Shown piece after piece: positions 32,748 to 43,706 of a DNA stretch of 64,000 nt. The stretch is from Clostridium sp. CAG:524 (GTDB taxonomy: Bacteria; Bacillota_I; Bacilli_A; RF39; UBA660). The stretch lies in assembly GCA_000434555.1 (NCBI GenBank), contig FR880110.1, positions 26,443-90,442 on the forward strand, in the 5' to 3' direction. Each line of letters starts with the position of its first letter. The stretch's first letter is position 1. A model generated the notes under the pieces. The model was given only the letters and a program-made list of their open reading frames with translations, was not told the DNA's origin and did not search any database. Made by a program: the position numbers and the translations under genes.

Positions 32748-34301
32748 ATGAATGATGTAATCTTCTCCATTTTGCTTGTAATAGTTGGATTATTTGTTGG
32801 TGCATTTATTATGATACTTATAAACAAGTTAAAAGTAAGTGCAGCACAAAAAGAAGCTGAAAAAATAATTCAAGATGCTAAAAAGGAAGCTGAAAAAGCT
32901 AAACGTGATGGTGTTTTAGAATTAAAAGAGGAAAGCTATAAATTAAAAAATCAAACTGATACAGAGATTAAGGAAAAGAAGAAAGAACTTAATGAACTTA
33001 ATCAAAGAATTGATAATAGGGAAAAGAGTCTAGACAAAAGAGATGAATTATTAACTGAGAGAGAAAAGAATCTTGAACTAAAAGATAAAGATTTATTAGC
33101 TAAGCAAAGAGAAATTCAAGAAAAAGATGCAAAAATGGAGATTATAATTAAGGATCAGATTGCTCTTTTAGAAAAAATATCTGGATTTTCAAAAGAGAAA
33201 GCTAGAGAAATGGTGCTTAAAAAAGTTGAAGAGGAAATGAACAGGGAAATTGCTGTTTATTTAAAGGAAAGAGAAGATGAAGCAAAACTTGAAGCTGATA
33301 GAAAAGCAAAAGAAATGATTGTTTCAAGTATGCAAAGATATTCTAGTGATGTTACGAGTGAACAAACTGTAAGCACAGTTGAACTTCCTAATGATGAAAT
33401 GAAAGGAAGAATAATAGGTAGGGAAGGAAGAAATATTAGAACTATAGAAGCAGTTACTGGTGTTGACTTGATTATTGATGATACTCCAGAAGTAATAGTT
33501 TTATCTTCTTTTGATCCGTTAAGACGTGAAATTGCTAAAACTACACTTGAAACTTTAATCAAGGATGGAAGAATACATCCTGCTAGAATCGAAGAACTTT
33601 ATGATAAAGTTTGTGAAGATTACAAAAAAATTATAAGGGAAAAAGGTGAAGAAGCTTTATTTGAATTAGGAATTTCAAAGGTTGATCCTGAAATTGTAGA
33701 ATTGGTAGGAAAACTTGCTTTTAGAACAAGTTATGGTCAAGATGCATTAGCACATAGTAAAGAAGTTGCTCATTTAGCGGGTCTTATGGCTAGTGAACTA
33801 GGCGAAAATGTTTCTTTAGCAAAAAGATCAGGACTTTTACATGATATAGGAAAAGCTATTGATTTTGAAGTTGAAGGAAGTCATGTTGAAATAGGCGCTG
33901 ATATTGCTAAAAAGCATGGTGAAGATAAGGTGGTTATTAATGCTATTGAGTCTCATCATGGTGATAAAAAGGCTGAATATATTATTTCTGAGTTAGTTGC
34001 TATTGCGGATGCACTTAGTGCTGCAAGGCCAGGTGCTAGAAATGATTCGTTAGAAAATTACGTTAAGAGGCTTGAAGAATTAGAAACAATTGGAAACAGT
34101 ATAGAGGGAGTTGAAAAGACTTTCGCTATGCAAGCTGGCAGAGAGTTGAGAGTTATGGTAAGACCTGATCAAATTGATGATTTGTCTAGTTATAAGGTTG
34201 CAAGGGAAATCAAGGATAAGATTGAAGAAACAATGCAATATCCAGGAACAATTAAAGTTGTTGTAATTAGAGAAACAAGAGCAGAGGAAGTTGCAAAATA
34301 A
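32748..34301 (+). CDS. rny: Ribonuclease Y
   Basis: N-terminal TM helix, Lys/Glu coiled coil, KH domain [14 protein letters not shown] domain [10 protein letters not shown] 32748 lies 7 nt after GGAGGA. Confidence 0.92.
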   Translation: MNDVIFSILLVIVGLFVGAFIMILINKLKVSAAQKEAEKIIQDAKKEAEKAKRDGVLELKEESYKLKNQTDTEIKEKKKELNELNQRIDNREKSLDKRDELLTEREKNLELKDKDLLAKQREIQEKDAKMEIIIKDQIALLEKISGFSKEKAREMVLKKVEEEMNREIAVYLKEREDEAKLEADRKAKEMIVSSMQRYSSDVTSEQTVSTVELPNDEMKGRIIGREGRNIRTIEAVTGVDLIIDDTPEVIVLSSFDPLRREIAKTTLETLIKDGRIHPARIEELYDKVCEDYKKIIREKGEEALFELGISKVDPEIVELVGKLAFRTSYGQDALAHSKEVAHLAGLMASELGENVSLAKRSGLLHDIGKAIDFEVEGSHVEIGADIAKKHGEDKVVINAIESHHGDKKAEYIISELVAIADALSAARPGARNDSLENYVKRLEELETIGNSIEGVEKTFAMQAGRELRVMVRPDQIDDLSSYKVAREIKDKIEETMQYPGTIKVVVIRETRAEEVAK

Positions 34302-34355
34302 CTTCTTCTTTTTATATGCAAAAATATGTGATAGAATAGTAGGTAGGGTGATAAA

Positions 34356-35114
34356 ATGTTAGCATTAATTACGGGAGCTTCAAATGGACTTGGGAAAGAT
34401 TTTGCAAAAGAATTATCAAAACAAGGATATGATTTGGTTTTAGTTGCAAGATCAAAAGATAAGTTGGATAAGTTATCTAGTGAATTAAAAACACTAGTTT
34501 ATGTAGAAGTAATGGATTTAAGTGTAAAGGAAAATGCTTATAAATTGTATAGTAAATATAAAGGTAAAATAGATTTACTAATTAATAATGCAGGATTTGG
34601 AACTTTTGGTGAATTTACTAAGACTGATTTGGAAACTGAATTAAACATGATAGATTTGAATATAACAGCATATCATATTTTAACTAAATTGTTTTTACAG
34701 GATTTTGTCAAGAAAAATAAAGGAGAAATATTAAATGTTGCTTCTTCAGCAGCGTTTGAACCTGGACCTCTTATGTCAACTTACTATGCAACAAAATCTT
34801 ATGTTTATAATTTAACAATGGGAATTTATGAGGAACTTAGAAGAAGCAAAAGTAAAGTAAAAATTCATGTTTTATGTCCAGGCCCAGTTGATACAGGTTT
34901 TAATGATAGAGCACATGTTAAATTTGGTGTAAAATCATTAAAAAGTATAGATGTAGTAAAATATACATTAAGATGTATGGCTAAAAATAAGCTGATTATA
35001 ATTCCAGGGTTTACAATTAAATTGGGAGTATTTGCTAATAGAATTTTACCAAGAAAACTGGTGATAAAAGTCACATATAAAATTCAAAAGTCAAAAGAGT
35101 TAAAAGAGAAATAA
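34356..35114 (+). CDS. Short-chain dehydrogenase/reductase (SDR) family oxidoreductase
   Basis: LITGASNGLGK (TGxxxGxG), NNAG, and YxxxK as YYATKSY. Confidence 0.8.
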   Translation: MLALITGASNGLGKDFAKELSKQGYDLVLVARSKDKLDKLSSELKTLVYVEVMDLSVKENAYKLYSKYKGKIDLLINNAGFGTFGEFTKTDLETELNMIDLNITAYHILTKLFLQDFVKKNKGEILNVASSAAFEPGPLMSTYYATKSYVYNLTMGIYEELRRSKSKVKIHVLCPGPVDTGFNDRAHVKFGVKSLKSIDVVKYTLRCMAKNKLIIIPGFTIKLGVFANRILPRKLVIKVTYKIQKSKELKEK

Positions 35115-35152
35115 AAATTATAAAATTAATTGAAAGTAATGGGAGATTATGT

Positions 35153-35407
35153 ATGAAAATAGTAAAAATAACTTCTTTAGGATGTCCTTCATGTATTATT
35201 ATGAATAAAGTTATAAATCAAATAAAAATTGAATATCCTAATATTGAAATTGAAGAATTTGATTATGATTTTGACGATGTAGATAATTATGATGTAGGAA
35301 AAATTTTGCCTGTCTTTATATTTTATAAAGATGATAAAGAAATAGGAAGACTAAATGGTGAACATAAAAAAGAAGAACTAGTGAAAATTATAGAGGAAAA
35401 TGTATGA
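35153..35407 (+). CDS. Small thioredoxin-fold protein
   Basis: 84 aa with a CPSC (CxxC) motif near the N-terminus. Confidence 0.65.
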   Translation: MKIVKITSLGCPSCIIMNKVINQIKIEYPNIEIEEFDYDFDDVDNYDVGKILPVFIFYKDDKEIGRLNGEHKKEELVKIIEENV

Positions 35408-36642
35408 TGAACAAAAAAATGACAAAAGGTATTCAAGAAAATAATTTTATAAAGTTATTTAAAATATTATTTATAATTACTTTGTTTTTTCCAATTGTAA
35501 TATTTGGTAAAGCGAAAGAATTAAATATTTATTTATTTTATGGTGATAAATGTCCTCATTGTGCTGAACTTGAAAAGTTTTTAGAACAATATTTAGATGA
35601 TAATAAAAATGTTATACTGAATAAATATGAGGTATGGAGTAATAAAGAGAATCAAGAAAAGTATAAGGAAGTTCAAAAAATATTAAATGATTATAGTAAT
35701 GGTGTTCCTTATTTGATAATTGGAAATAATGTTATAACTGGTTATGATAGTGAAATAACACCTGAAAGAATAAAAAATACAATAACTTATTATTTAAATT
35801 TTGATTATAAAGATAAAGTTGGAATTTATTTAGGAACAACAACTGAGGAAGAAGAAAATTTGAAAGAGGATGGTAAAAAATATGAAGATGCTGAAGTGAA
35901 TATACCTATACTTGGAAAGAAAAAGAGCAAAGAAGTACCAATATTATTATCAACAATTCTAATAGGACTAGTTGATGGATTTAATCCTTGTGCCATGTGG
36001 ATTTTAATATTTTTAATATCGATGCTTTTGGGAATGAAAAATGTAAAAAGGAAATGGGCTCTTGGAATAACTTTTCTTTTATCATCGGCACTTGTATATT
36101 TTTTATTTTTAATATCATGGCTAAATTTAGCTGTATTTTTAAATAATATTATTTTGATAAGAATGGGTATAAGTATAATTGCTGTTTTCTTTGGAATATT
36201 AACAATATTAAAATTTTTCTTTGTTAAGGAAGATGATGGATGTGAAGTCGTTGATAAAAGTGGTAGAAAAAAAATTATTAATTCAATAAAGAAAATTATT
36301 AAAGAAAAATCATTTATATTAGCTTTATTTGGTATTGTTGTGTTGGCGGCATCTGTTAATGTTATTGAGTTGTTGTGTTCTCTTGGATTACCAGTTATGT
36401 TTACTCAAATATTGACTATAAATGAGGTAAGTAAAACAGCACAAATTATTTATTCATTAATATATGTTTTCTTTTTCTTAATTGATGATATTGTTGTATT
36501 TACAATTGCAATGAAAACATTAGAAATAAAAGCAATATCAAATAAATTTGGTAAATATTCACATTTAATTGGTGGAATCATAATGTTAATAATTGGATTC
36601 TTAATGATTTATAAGCCAGAGTGGTTAATGTTTAATTTTTAA
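35404..36642 (+). CDS. Thioredoxin-like domain fused to a CcdA/DsbD-type transmembrane thiol-disulfide transporter
   Basis: Signal anchor, CPHC thioredoxin/glutaredoxin-like domain, then a polytopic region with GFNPCAMW and LLCSLGLP (the two conserved TM cysteines of the CcdA/DsbD family). ATGATGA overlap with the preceding gene. Confidence 0.7.
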   Translation: MMNKKMTKGIQENNFIKLFKILFIITLFFPIVIFGKAKELNIYLFYGDKCPHCAELEKFLEQYLDDNKNVILNKYEVWSNKENQEKYKEVQKILNDYSNGVPYLIIGNNVITGYDSEITPERIKNTITYYLNFDYKDKVGIYLGTTTEEEENLKEDGKKYEDAEVNIPILGKKKSKEVPILLSTILIGLVDGFNPCAMWILIFLISMLLGMKNVKRKWALGITFLLSSALVYFLFLISWLNLAVFLNNIILIRMGISIIAVFFGILTILKFFFVKEDDGCEVVDKSGRKKIINSIKKIIKEKSFILALFGIVVLAASVNVIELLCSLGLPVMFTQILTINEVSKTAQIIYSLIYVFFFLIDDIVVFTIAMKTLEIKAISNKFGKYSHLIGGIIMLIIGFLMIYKPEWLMFNF

Positions 36643-36694
36643 AAATTAGAAGCAAAAAGGATTATCAAAACATATAATATTTTAGGTGATATAT

Positions 36695-36931
36695 GTGAAT
36701 GATAATCTTTTTAATAGAATTGAAGAGAAAACAAAAGTGAGTAAAGATACTATTATATCTTTAGCAAGAAAACTTCAAGATGGTGACTATAAGAATGAGA
36801 ATACTTTGAGAGATATTATACATGAATTATCTTTTATTACTGGCCGTGAAGTAAGTGAAGAAAAGGAAAATAAAATAATAGATATGATTGTTCAAGATAA
36901 AGTACCAAAGAATATAGATAAATATGTTTAA
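36695..36931 (+). CDS. Stage VI sporulation protein F-like small protein
   Basis: FNRIEEKTKVSKDTIISLARKLQDGDYKNENTLRDIIHELSFITGREVSEEKENKIIDMI resembles my recollection of SpoVIF (YjcC). GTG 36695 lies 5 nt after AGGTGA. Confidence 0.5.
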   Translation: MNDNLFNRIEEKTKVSKDTIISLARKLQDGDYKNENTLRDIIHELSFITGREVSEEKENKIIDMIVQDKVPKNIDKYV

Positions 36932-37392
36932 AATGAATAGAATGTGAAGTTATTGTGAGCTAATTACTCACTTTTTACTTTAATTAAATATGTGAAAATA
37001 TGTTATCTTTAGTATATTTTTATTGAACATAAAGCCATATATTAATAGAATATATTTGGAAAAAATATGTAAGATAAAGTGTATAAATTTTTGAAAACTT
37101 ATGGTTTTTTGCTTATATGTACTTTACTTTTAGACTATGGAAATAATAAATTGACTTATCCTGTTGGACTTACTTTTAGTGATGAAGCTGTATTTACTGG
37201 AACTGTAAGATATAATAAAGATGATTCTTCTACTAATAATTCTTCGTTTTTTATGTATACTGGTGTGATTATACCTGTAATTTCGTTAAAAGGTGAAGTA
37301 CAAGTATCTGGAGGTACAGGATTATAAACGATCCATATATAGTTTTAGTAGTACAATAAAAATAACATAATGATTGCTCACTATGTTATTTT

Positions 37393-38646
37393 TTATGATT
37401 TAATTGCTGGTTTATAAAATTCTTTTTGTATTTTATTTGTTGACCATAATAATTGATGGAATGGTTTATTAACAATCAAATCAAATTCACCAATATATTC
37501 ATAAGTAGTTGGTTTGAATTTAAGTTTAAAATCATTAAGTCTCTTATATGGATTAGTATCACTAAAGTCAGCAGTAATTCCATATAAATCTACATACAAA
37601 TAACCAGCCTTCTTATATTCTTCAATAATCTTATAAAATAAGAATGTCTTAACATCAATACTTGAAAAATCATTATTATTACCAGTAATTATTATTGTAA
37701 CTCTGCCTTCATATTTAACAACGAACGCAGCACCAAGATATTCTTTCGTCTTATTTTCTTGCATTCTCAAATTGGTCTTCGCTATATCATTAGAAATTCT
37801 ATCAAGATTTCTATCTGATTCAGTTTTTCTCTTATAAATATCAGCACTATTAGGATTTTTATTAAATTCAATATTTATTCTATCATTATTTTCTTGTTCG
37901 ATAATATATTCTTTTTGTAGGTATTTTACATATGTATCATAGTTTACTTCCGCAAATAATAAATCAACCATATCACTTTGTTTAAATGTTTTATAGAAAT
38001 ATTTATAATATGTAAGTGTTTTATTCTTTTTATCTTCTACGAATGAATAGAATTTCTCAAGCTCTTCTTCACCACGAGATACAAGTCTTATTCCTTTATA
38101 TTCACTTTCTTTCATATTTTTAACCATATTTTGATCTAAACTATTAAAATCATATGTAGGCAAATATATAACTGGAGTGTATTTAGGCAGTAATGACTCA
38201 AAATACAAATTATCTTTTAATTTATCATAACCAAGTTCTTTTAAGTTAGCAATTAATTCTTTATTTTTAGAATTAATTGTCTTACTTTTATTATCAAAAT
38301 CTATAACTGAATATGTAATTTCAGGATTAATCTTAATGAAAGCAAATCCTCTTCTTAAAAAGAATTCTTTAACTTTACGAGTGAATGCTTTTAATAAATC
38401 AGTATTATAAAAATCTACTAAAAATCCACGAGGAGCGTACCCATATTTAATATTGGCACTTAATGTTTTATACAAAATAAGACTTGCAGCCACTAATATA
38501 TCTTTATGATAAGCACCTATGTACATAACTGAAAAATCACTATGTGACATAAGTTCTCCATATTCTTTTGTTTGAAAAAAGTTTTTAAGCACATGCTTAC
38601 TTGCAAATTCACCAAATGTAGTAGCATTGATTTCTTCTATAGACAT
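37393..38646 (-). CDS. FemAB-family peptidoglycan interpeptide-bridge aminoacyltransferase
   Basis: About 417 aa. YGYAPRGFL, central coiled-coil insert, C-terminal YVDLYGI...FKLKFKP pattern typical of FemA/FemB/FemX/MurM. The start MSIEEINA follows AAGGAG. Confidence 0.75.
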   Translation of the reverse strand: MSIEEINATTFGEFASKHVLKNFFQTKEYGELMSHSDFSVMYIGAYHKDILVAASLILYKTLSANIKYGYAPRGFLVDFYNTDLLKAFTRKVKEFFLRRGFAFIKINPEITYSVIDFDNKSKTINSKNKELIANLKELGYDKLKDNLYFESLLPKYTPVIYLPTYDFNSLDQNMVKNMKESEYKGIRLVSRGEEELEKFYSFVEDKKNKTLTYYKYFYKTFKQSDMVDLLFAEVNYDTYVKYLQKEYIIEQENNDRINIEFNKNPNSADIYKRKTESDRNLDRISNDIAKTNLRMQENKTKEYLGAAFVVKYEGRVTIIITGNNNDFSSIDVKTFLFYKIIEEYKKAGYLYVDLYGITADFSDTNPYKRLNDFKLKFKPTTYEYIGEFDLIVNKPFHQLLWSTNKIQKEFYKPAIKS

Positions 38647-38739
38647 AAAAAAATTCACTCCTTTAAATTAATAATATTATAGCATATTTATTAAAAAAAT
38701 TGTATAATTAATACATAGATAATTATAGGAGGATTAATA

Positions 38740-39981
38740 ATGAGTAAAATAATAGATATTAAAGCTAGAGAAATATTGGATTCAAGAGGATATCCTACTG
38801 TAGAAGTAACTGTAAAAAGTGAAAGAGGAATAGGCATTGCATCAGTGCCTTCAGGAGCATCAACTGGTTCTCGTGAAGCATTAGAACTTCGTGATAATGA
38901 TGAAAGATATTGTGGTAAAGGAGTATTAAAGGCTGTAAACAATGTAAACACAATAATTAAAGATGCTTTACTTGGTATGGATGTTACTCATCAAAAAGAA
39001 ATTGATTATAAAATGATTGAGCTTGATGGGACACCAAATAAGAGTAAACTTGGTGCGAATGCGACACTTGGAGTTAGTCTTGCTTGTATAAAAGCAGCTG
39101 CTAGTGAAGCACATAAAGAATTATACGAATACTTAAATCCTAGAGAAAAAAGAATACCAAAATTAATGTTTAATATTATTAATGGTGGTATGCATGCTAA
39201 AAATAACTTAGATATTCAAGAGTTTATGATAGTTCCAAAAAGAGATTCTTTTAGGGAAGGACTTAGATGCGCTAGTGAAGTATTCCACGCTCTTAAAAAA
39301 ATATTGGATAATGAAGGACATGAAACATCAGTCGGTGATGAAGGAGGATTTGCTCCAAATTTAGAAAGCAATCGTGCTGCATTATCATATATAATAAAAG
39401 CAATAGAAAGTGCAGGTTACATTCCTGGAAAAGATGTGTTTATCGCACTTGATATAGCTGCGTCATCAATATATAATGAACAGAATAAAGCATATAAAAT
39501 AGAAAATAGATTCTTAAGTAAAGAAGAATTATTAGATTATTATATGGACCTTGTTAAAAATTATCCAATTATATCAATTGAAGATCCTTATGATGAAAAT
39601 GATTATGAGGGATTCAAATTAATCACAGAAAAACTTGGTAAGGGAATCAACATAGTTGGAGATGATTTGTTCGTAACAAATAAAAAAGAATTAGAACATG
39701 GTATTCAAAATGGACTATGCAACTCAATATTAATTAAGCCTAATCAAATAGGAACATTCTTTGAAACATTAGAAACAATTGTACTTGCTAAAAAGCATAA
39801 TTACACATGTATTATGTCTCATAGAAGTGGAGAAACAACAGATACATTTATTATAGATGCTGCAGTTGCATTAAATATACCATTCGTAAAAACAGGTTCT
39901 GTTTCAAGGGGTGAAAGAATTTGCAAATTTAATAGACTTCTTGAAATAGAAGAACAAATTGAAAGCAAAAAAGCAAAATAA
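38740..39981 (+). CDS. eno: Enolase
   Basis: [57 protein letters not shown]. Confidence 0.95.
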   Translation: MSKIIDIKAREILDSRGYPTVEVTVKSERGIGIASVPSGASTGSREALELRDNDERYCGKGVLKAVNNVNTIIKDALLGMDVTHQKEIDYKMIELDGTPNKSKLGANATLGVSLACIKAAASEAHKELYEYLNPREKRIPKLMFNIINGGMHAKNNLDIQEFMIVPKRDSFREGLRCASEVFHALKKILDNEGHETSVGDEGGFAPNLESNRAALSYIIKAIESAGYIPGKDVFIALDIAASSIYNEQNKAYKIENRFLSKEELLDYYMDLVKNYPIISIEDPYDENDYEGFKLITEKLGKGINIVGDDLFVTNKKELEHGIQNGLCNSILIKPNQIGTFFETLETIVLAKKHNYTCIMSHRSGETTDTFIIDAAVALNIPFVKTGSVSRGERICKFNRLLEIEEQIESKKAK

Positions 39982-40046
39982 TTACATAAATATTTGCATA
40001 ATACTAATATTTATTGTATAATACAAAACACAAGGGAGAAATCAAT

Positions 40047-40259
40047 ATGGAAAAAGTATTATTAGTAATATCTGTTATATTAATAGTGATAGTTCTATTA
40101 CAAAGTAATAAAGCTAGTGATGCTAGTCAAATAATAACAGGTGGAAATGCAATGTTACTTGGTAAATCAAAAGAAAGAGGTCTTGAAAAAGTAATAACAA
40201 GACTTACTTATGTTTTAGGATTTGCATTTATAGTAATATCATTTATCTTATCAATATAA
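40047..40259 (+). CDS. secG: Preprotein translocase subunit SecG
   Basis: 70 aa. MEKVLLVISVILIVIVLLQSNKAS...LTYVLGFAFIVISFILS. RBS GGGAG. Position after eno and before rnr. Confidence 0.7.
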   Translation: MEKVLLVISVILIVIVLLQSNKASDASQIITGGNAMLLGKSKERGLEKVITRLTYVLGFAFIVISFILSI

Positions 40260-40270
40260 AAAAATACATA

Positions 40271-40300
40271 AAAGTTCATATTTTCTTATGAACTTTTTAA
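40271..40300 (+). terminator. Rho-independent terminator after secG
   Basis: 10-bp stem AAAGTTCATA/TATGAACTTT plus a T-run. Confidence 0.7.
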
Positions 40301-40330
40301 TTTATATGATAAAATGAAGGTGAGGTAGAT

Positions 40331-42709
40331 ATGAGAGACAAAATATTAAAAGTAATTGAAAAAAATAATAAGAGTTTAAATGCTATGGAAATTATGAATC
40401 AAATAATGGAAAATAGTACTATTAAAGATTATGAAGAACTTATGAGAGAACTTGAAAAGCTATGTAGAGAGGGTGTATTAAGACAAACTCATCATAATGG
40501 TTATGTTAAAAATGAACTTCTAACAGGTACTCTTGATATGCATGAGAAAGGTAATGCACATTTATTAGTAAAAGATGGAGAAGATATTTTCATTGCTAAA
40601 AATAATATGAATGGTGCTACTGATAAAGATTTAGTACTTGTTGATTATACTAATAAAGATAAGACTGAAGGTAAAGTCATAAGAGTTCTAAAGAGATCAC
40701 TTGGTAAAAGTATGGGTGAAATTGTTGATAACGATGGTAAATTTACTGTAAAGATACTTGACACTGAATTACCTTATGAAGTTGATGTTGACACAAGCGA
40801 TTGTGATTTTACTTTGGTGGATGGATTAATCGTACACCTTGATTATGTAAAAGATATAAGTAGAGGTAGAGTCCTTGCTAAAATAGATTATCCAATAGGG
40901 CACAAAAATGCTCCAGGTAATGATACTGAAATAGCCATGATTGCTAGTGAATTTGGTGTTCATCTATTTATGCCAGAAGAAGTAAAAGAGCAAGCCAAGA
41001 CATTTCCAAGCAGTTTAACTGAAGAAGAAATAAAAAAAGAAATATCAAAAGGTAGAGTTGATTTAAGAGGTGAAGCAACTACTACAATGGATGGTAAAGA
41101 TACAAAAGATATTGATGATGCTGTACAGGATGAAATAAGTAAAAACGGAAACTATAAAGTAACAGTTGACATTGCTGATGTAAGTTATTATGTAAAGATG
41201 AATACACCAGTATGGAACTATGCAGAACTAAAAGGTAACTCTGATTATCTTGCTAATAAAGTAGGTCCAATGCTTCCAATAGAACTTTCGAATGGAATCT
41301 GTTCATTAAATCCAAATGAAGATAGATATGCTTTGACATGTGAAATGGAAATAGATCATGGTGGAAACATTGTTAATGAAAAAGTATACATTTCAGTTAT
41401 AAAATCTAAAAAGAAAATGAATTATGATGCCGTACAAGATATCCTAGAAGATAAAGAAACTGAAGATACAAAGGATTATATAACAATAAAATATACAGTA
41501 AAGCCAAATGAAATAATAGATGATATCGCATTCAAAAATGGAATCACAAGAGAAAGATTACTAGAATACAATAGCATTGAAGATATAAAACCAGGTAATG
41601 AAATAAATTTACCTATAAGAGATATTATCAAATTGATGTATGTTATCTCTAAAATAATGGATAATAAACTTCACAAATTAGGTAAAATTGATTTTGAAAA
41701 TACAAGTGAAAAGAAACAAATATTTGATGAAAATGACAAATTAATTGATATAGTTCCAAGAGTTCAAAGACCTGCTGAATCAATAATAGAAAATCATATG
41801 ATTTATGCGAATGTTGGATTTACTAGATTCACATGCAATGCATTATCACAAATAATACCAAATATGGTACCATTTGTATTTAGAATTCACGAAGATCCAA
41901 ATCCTAAAAAGATAGAAGATTTTATGAAAATGTTATCAGTATTTGGAGTAAATTATCCTAAAAAGATAAATCCAGAAAATGTAAGTAGTAAGGATATTCA
42001 AGAATTATTAGAATATTTAAAAGATAAAGAACATTATAAAGTATTTAGTAAAAAACTACTTAGAAGTATGCAAAAGGCAAGATATTCACCAGAACCTAAA
42101 GGTCATTTTGGACTTGGTCTAAAAGCACATGATAGAGATTATACACACTTTACTTCTCCTATTAGAAGAATGTGTGACTTACTTGTTCATACAATATTTA
42201 GAGTATTCATTATTGAAAAAGATACTAGTCCTGAAAATATTAGTTTCTGGGCTTCATATCTAACAGAAGTATGCGACCATATTTCAGAATGTGAAAGAAC
42301 AAGTGCTGATTGTGAATACGCAACTGATGACTATTATGATGCAGTTTATATGCAAGATAGAATTGGTAAAACATTTGAAGCAACACTTGATGGACCAATG
42401 CCTTCATCATTCTTTGCTCAAACAAATGATAAATTTATAGATGGAAAAGTAGAATGGATTATAAGTGAAGATGATTCAAAAGAATTAGAAAGCCTTACTG
42501 ATCCAAATGAAATACAACAATTCATAGAACTTCATAAAAAACCATTCACGTACGAATACAATGATTCTCTTTACGGATACACTAAAAAAGGTAGAGTTGT
42601 CTATAGATATGGCGATCAAATCATAGTTCAATGTATAGGAAGCGACCCTGCCAAAAGAGAAATAGATTTCGCTTTAGTAAAAAAAATAACAAATGGAAAT
42701 AATAAATAG
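40331..42709 (+). CDS. rnr: Ribonuclease R (with an internal LysM-like insertion)
   Basis: RNB domain motifs DGKDTKDIDDAV, SLNPNEDR, HFGLG...YTHFTSPIRRMCDL. C-terminal S1-like region. Confidence 0.9.
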   Translation: MRDKILKVIEKNNKSLNAMEIMNQIMENSTIKDYEELMRELEKLCREGVLRQTHHNGYVKNELLTGTLDMHEKGNAHLLVKDGEDIFIAKNNMNGATDKDLVLVDYTNKDKTEGKVIRVLKRSLGKSMGEIVDNDGKFTVKILDTELPYEVDVDTSDCDFTLVDGLIVHLDYVKDISRGRVLAKIDYPIGHKNAPGNDTEIAMIASEFGVHLFMPEEVKEQAKTFPSSLTEEEIKKEISKGRVDLRGEATTTMDGKDTKDIDDAVQDEISKNGNYKVTVDIADVSYYVKMNTPVWNYAELKGNSDYLANKVGPMLPIELSNGICSLNPNEDRYALTCEMEIDHGGNIVNEKVYISVIKSKKKMNYDAVQDILEDKETEDTKDYITIKYTVKPNEIIDDIAFKNGITRERLLEYNSIEDIKPGNEINLPIRDIIKLMYVISKIMDNKLHKLGKIDFENTSEKKQIFDENDKLIDIVPRVQRPAESIIENHMIYANVGFTRFTCNALSQIIPNMVPFVFRIHEDPNPKKIEDFMKMLSVFGVNYPKKINPENVSSKDIQELLEYLKDKEHYKVFSKKLLRSMQKARYSPEPKGHFGLGLKAHDRDYTHFTSPIRRMCDLLVHTIFRVFIIEKDTSPENISFWASYLTEVCDHISECERTSADCEYATDDYYDAVYMQDRIGKTFEATLDGPMPSSFFAQTNDKFIDGKVEWIISEDDSKELESLTDPNEIQQFIELHKKPFTYEYNDSLYGYTKKGRVVYRYGDQIIVQCIGSDPAKREIDFALVKKITNGNNK

Positions 42710-43121
42710 AAAAGCACATTATGATTATTTCATAAAAGATACATATGAAGCAGGTATAGAGTTAAAGGGTACTGAAATAAAGTCCTTAAGAAAAGGAAAT
42801 GCCAACATAAACGATTCATATGCAAGAATAAAAAACAATGAAGTATATCTTACAAATATGTTTATCGCAAAATATGAAGAAGGTAACATATTTAATCATG
42901 ATGAAAGACGTGAAAGAAAACTATTACTTCATAAAAACGAAATAATTAAAATTAATAATGAAATCACATTAAAAAAATATACTTTAATACCACTTAAAAT
43001 ATATTTTAAAAAAGGAAAAGCTAAAGTAGAAATAGGCATTTGTCAAGGTAAGAAACTATACGATAAAAGAGAATCTATAAAAGAAAAAGATATCAAAAGA
43101 CATGAATATTTAGAATATTAA
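42693..43121 (+). CDS. smpB: SsrA-binding protein SmpB
   Basis: NRKAHYDYFIKDTYEAGIELKGTEIKSLR ... RERKLLLHKNEI. Directly follows rnr. Confidence 0.9.
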   Translation: MEIINRKAHYDYFIKDTYEAGIELKGTEIKSLRKGNANINDSYARIKNNEVYLTNMFIAKYEEGNIFNHDERRERKLLLHKNEIIKINNEITLKKYTLIPLKIYFKKGKAKVEIGICQGKKLYDKRESIKEKDIKRHEYLEY

Positions 43122-43147
43122 AATAATATAATATTCTAGGTGAATAT

Positions 43148-43450
43148 ATGAAAAGAGTTCCTGAAATCTTTGTTAACAAAATAAATAAAAATATAAGTAA
43201 TAATAAAGAAGTATATTACTCTTATAATGATAAAAATGTTTATGAAGAAGAAATAATTCCAAATGAATATGATTTACAGCAAAAGATAAATAAATTATTT
43301 AAATCGAATGACTTTATTTATAAAAAGAAATTCAAAATTAAAACGAAAGATTATGAAAGAGAATATACTATAATATCAAAAAGTTATGATTATTTACTTT
43401 GTATTGATGGAACTAAAATATATATTAAAGATATAATTGATATAAAATAA
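43148..43450 (+). CDS. Hypothetical protein (100 aa)
   Basis: RBS AGGTGA 5 nt before the ATG. No recognised motif. Confidence 0.5.
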   Translation: MKRVPEIFVNKINKNISNNKEVYYSYNDKNVYEEEIIPNEYDLQQKINKLFKSNDFIYKKKFKIKTKDYEREYTIISKSYDYLLCIDGTKIYIKDIIDIK

Positions 43451-43529
43451 TTAAAAACACTTGAAAGTAATTAGTATTTATGATAATATTTAATTACACA
43501 AACGGTGTTTTTTTTTGGAGGGATTTGAA

Positions 43530-43706
43530 ATGAAAAAAATAAAAAGTTTCTTTAAAGGCGTTAAAAAAGAATCAAAAGCTGTAAGATGGCCAGATGGTAA
43601 AGCATTAGTTAAATATTCTTGTATAACAGTCGTAATGCTTGTATTCTTTGGATTATTCTTTTATGGGCTTGATGCATTATTTGCAGTAATAAGGGGGCTA
43701 TTCTAA
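43530..43706 (+). CDS. secE: Preprotein translocase subunit SecE
   Basis: KSFFKGVKKESKAVRWP then a single TM helix. ATG follows GGAGGG. Directly precedes nusG. Confidence 0.85.
   Translation: MKKIKSFFKGVKKESKAVRWPDGKALVKYSCITVVMLVFFGLFFYGLDALFAVIRGLF

Noticed and set aside
33257-33562. Antisense ORF inside rny. The same pattern occurs at 43771-44157 (nusG), 46346-46894 (ADH), 48276-48701 (rplA), 52709-53023 (ftsZ) and 58489-59001 (hisS)
   Set aside because: All lie opposite highly conserved genes with unambiguous motifs. These are typical shadow ORFs produced by codon bias.
37079-37327. 82-aa GTG-initiated ORF in the 460-bp gap between the SpoVIF-like gene and femAB
   Set aside because: No RBS, an odd composition and no recognisable motif. 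An ORF this long is slightly surprising in AT-rich DNA, so it may be a gene remnant, but I cannot support it as a feature.
43122-43529. Expected tmRNA (ssrA) gene downstream of smpB
   Set aside because: The space is filled by a 100-aa ORF with a good RBS. The sequence lacks the G-rich tRNA-like 5' end, the T-arm and the CCA 3' end of tmRNA, so ssrA must be elsewhere.
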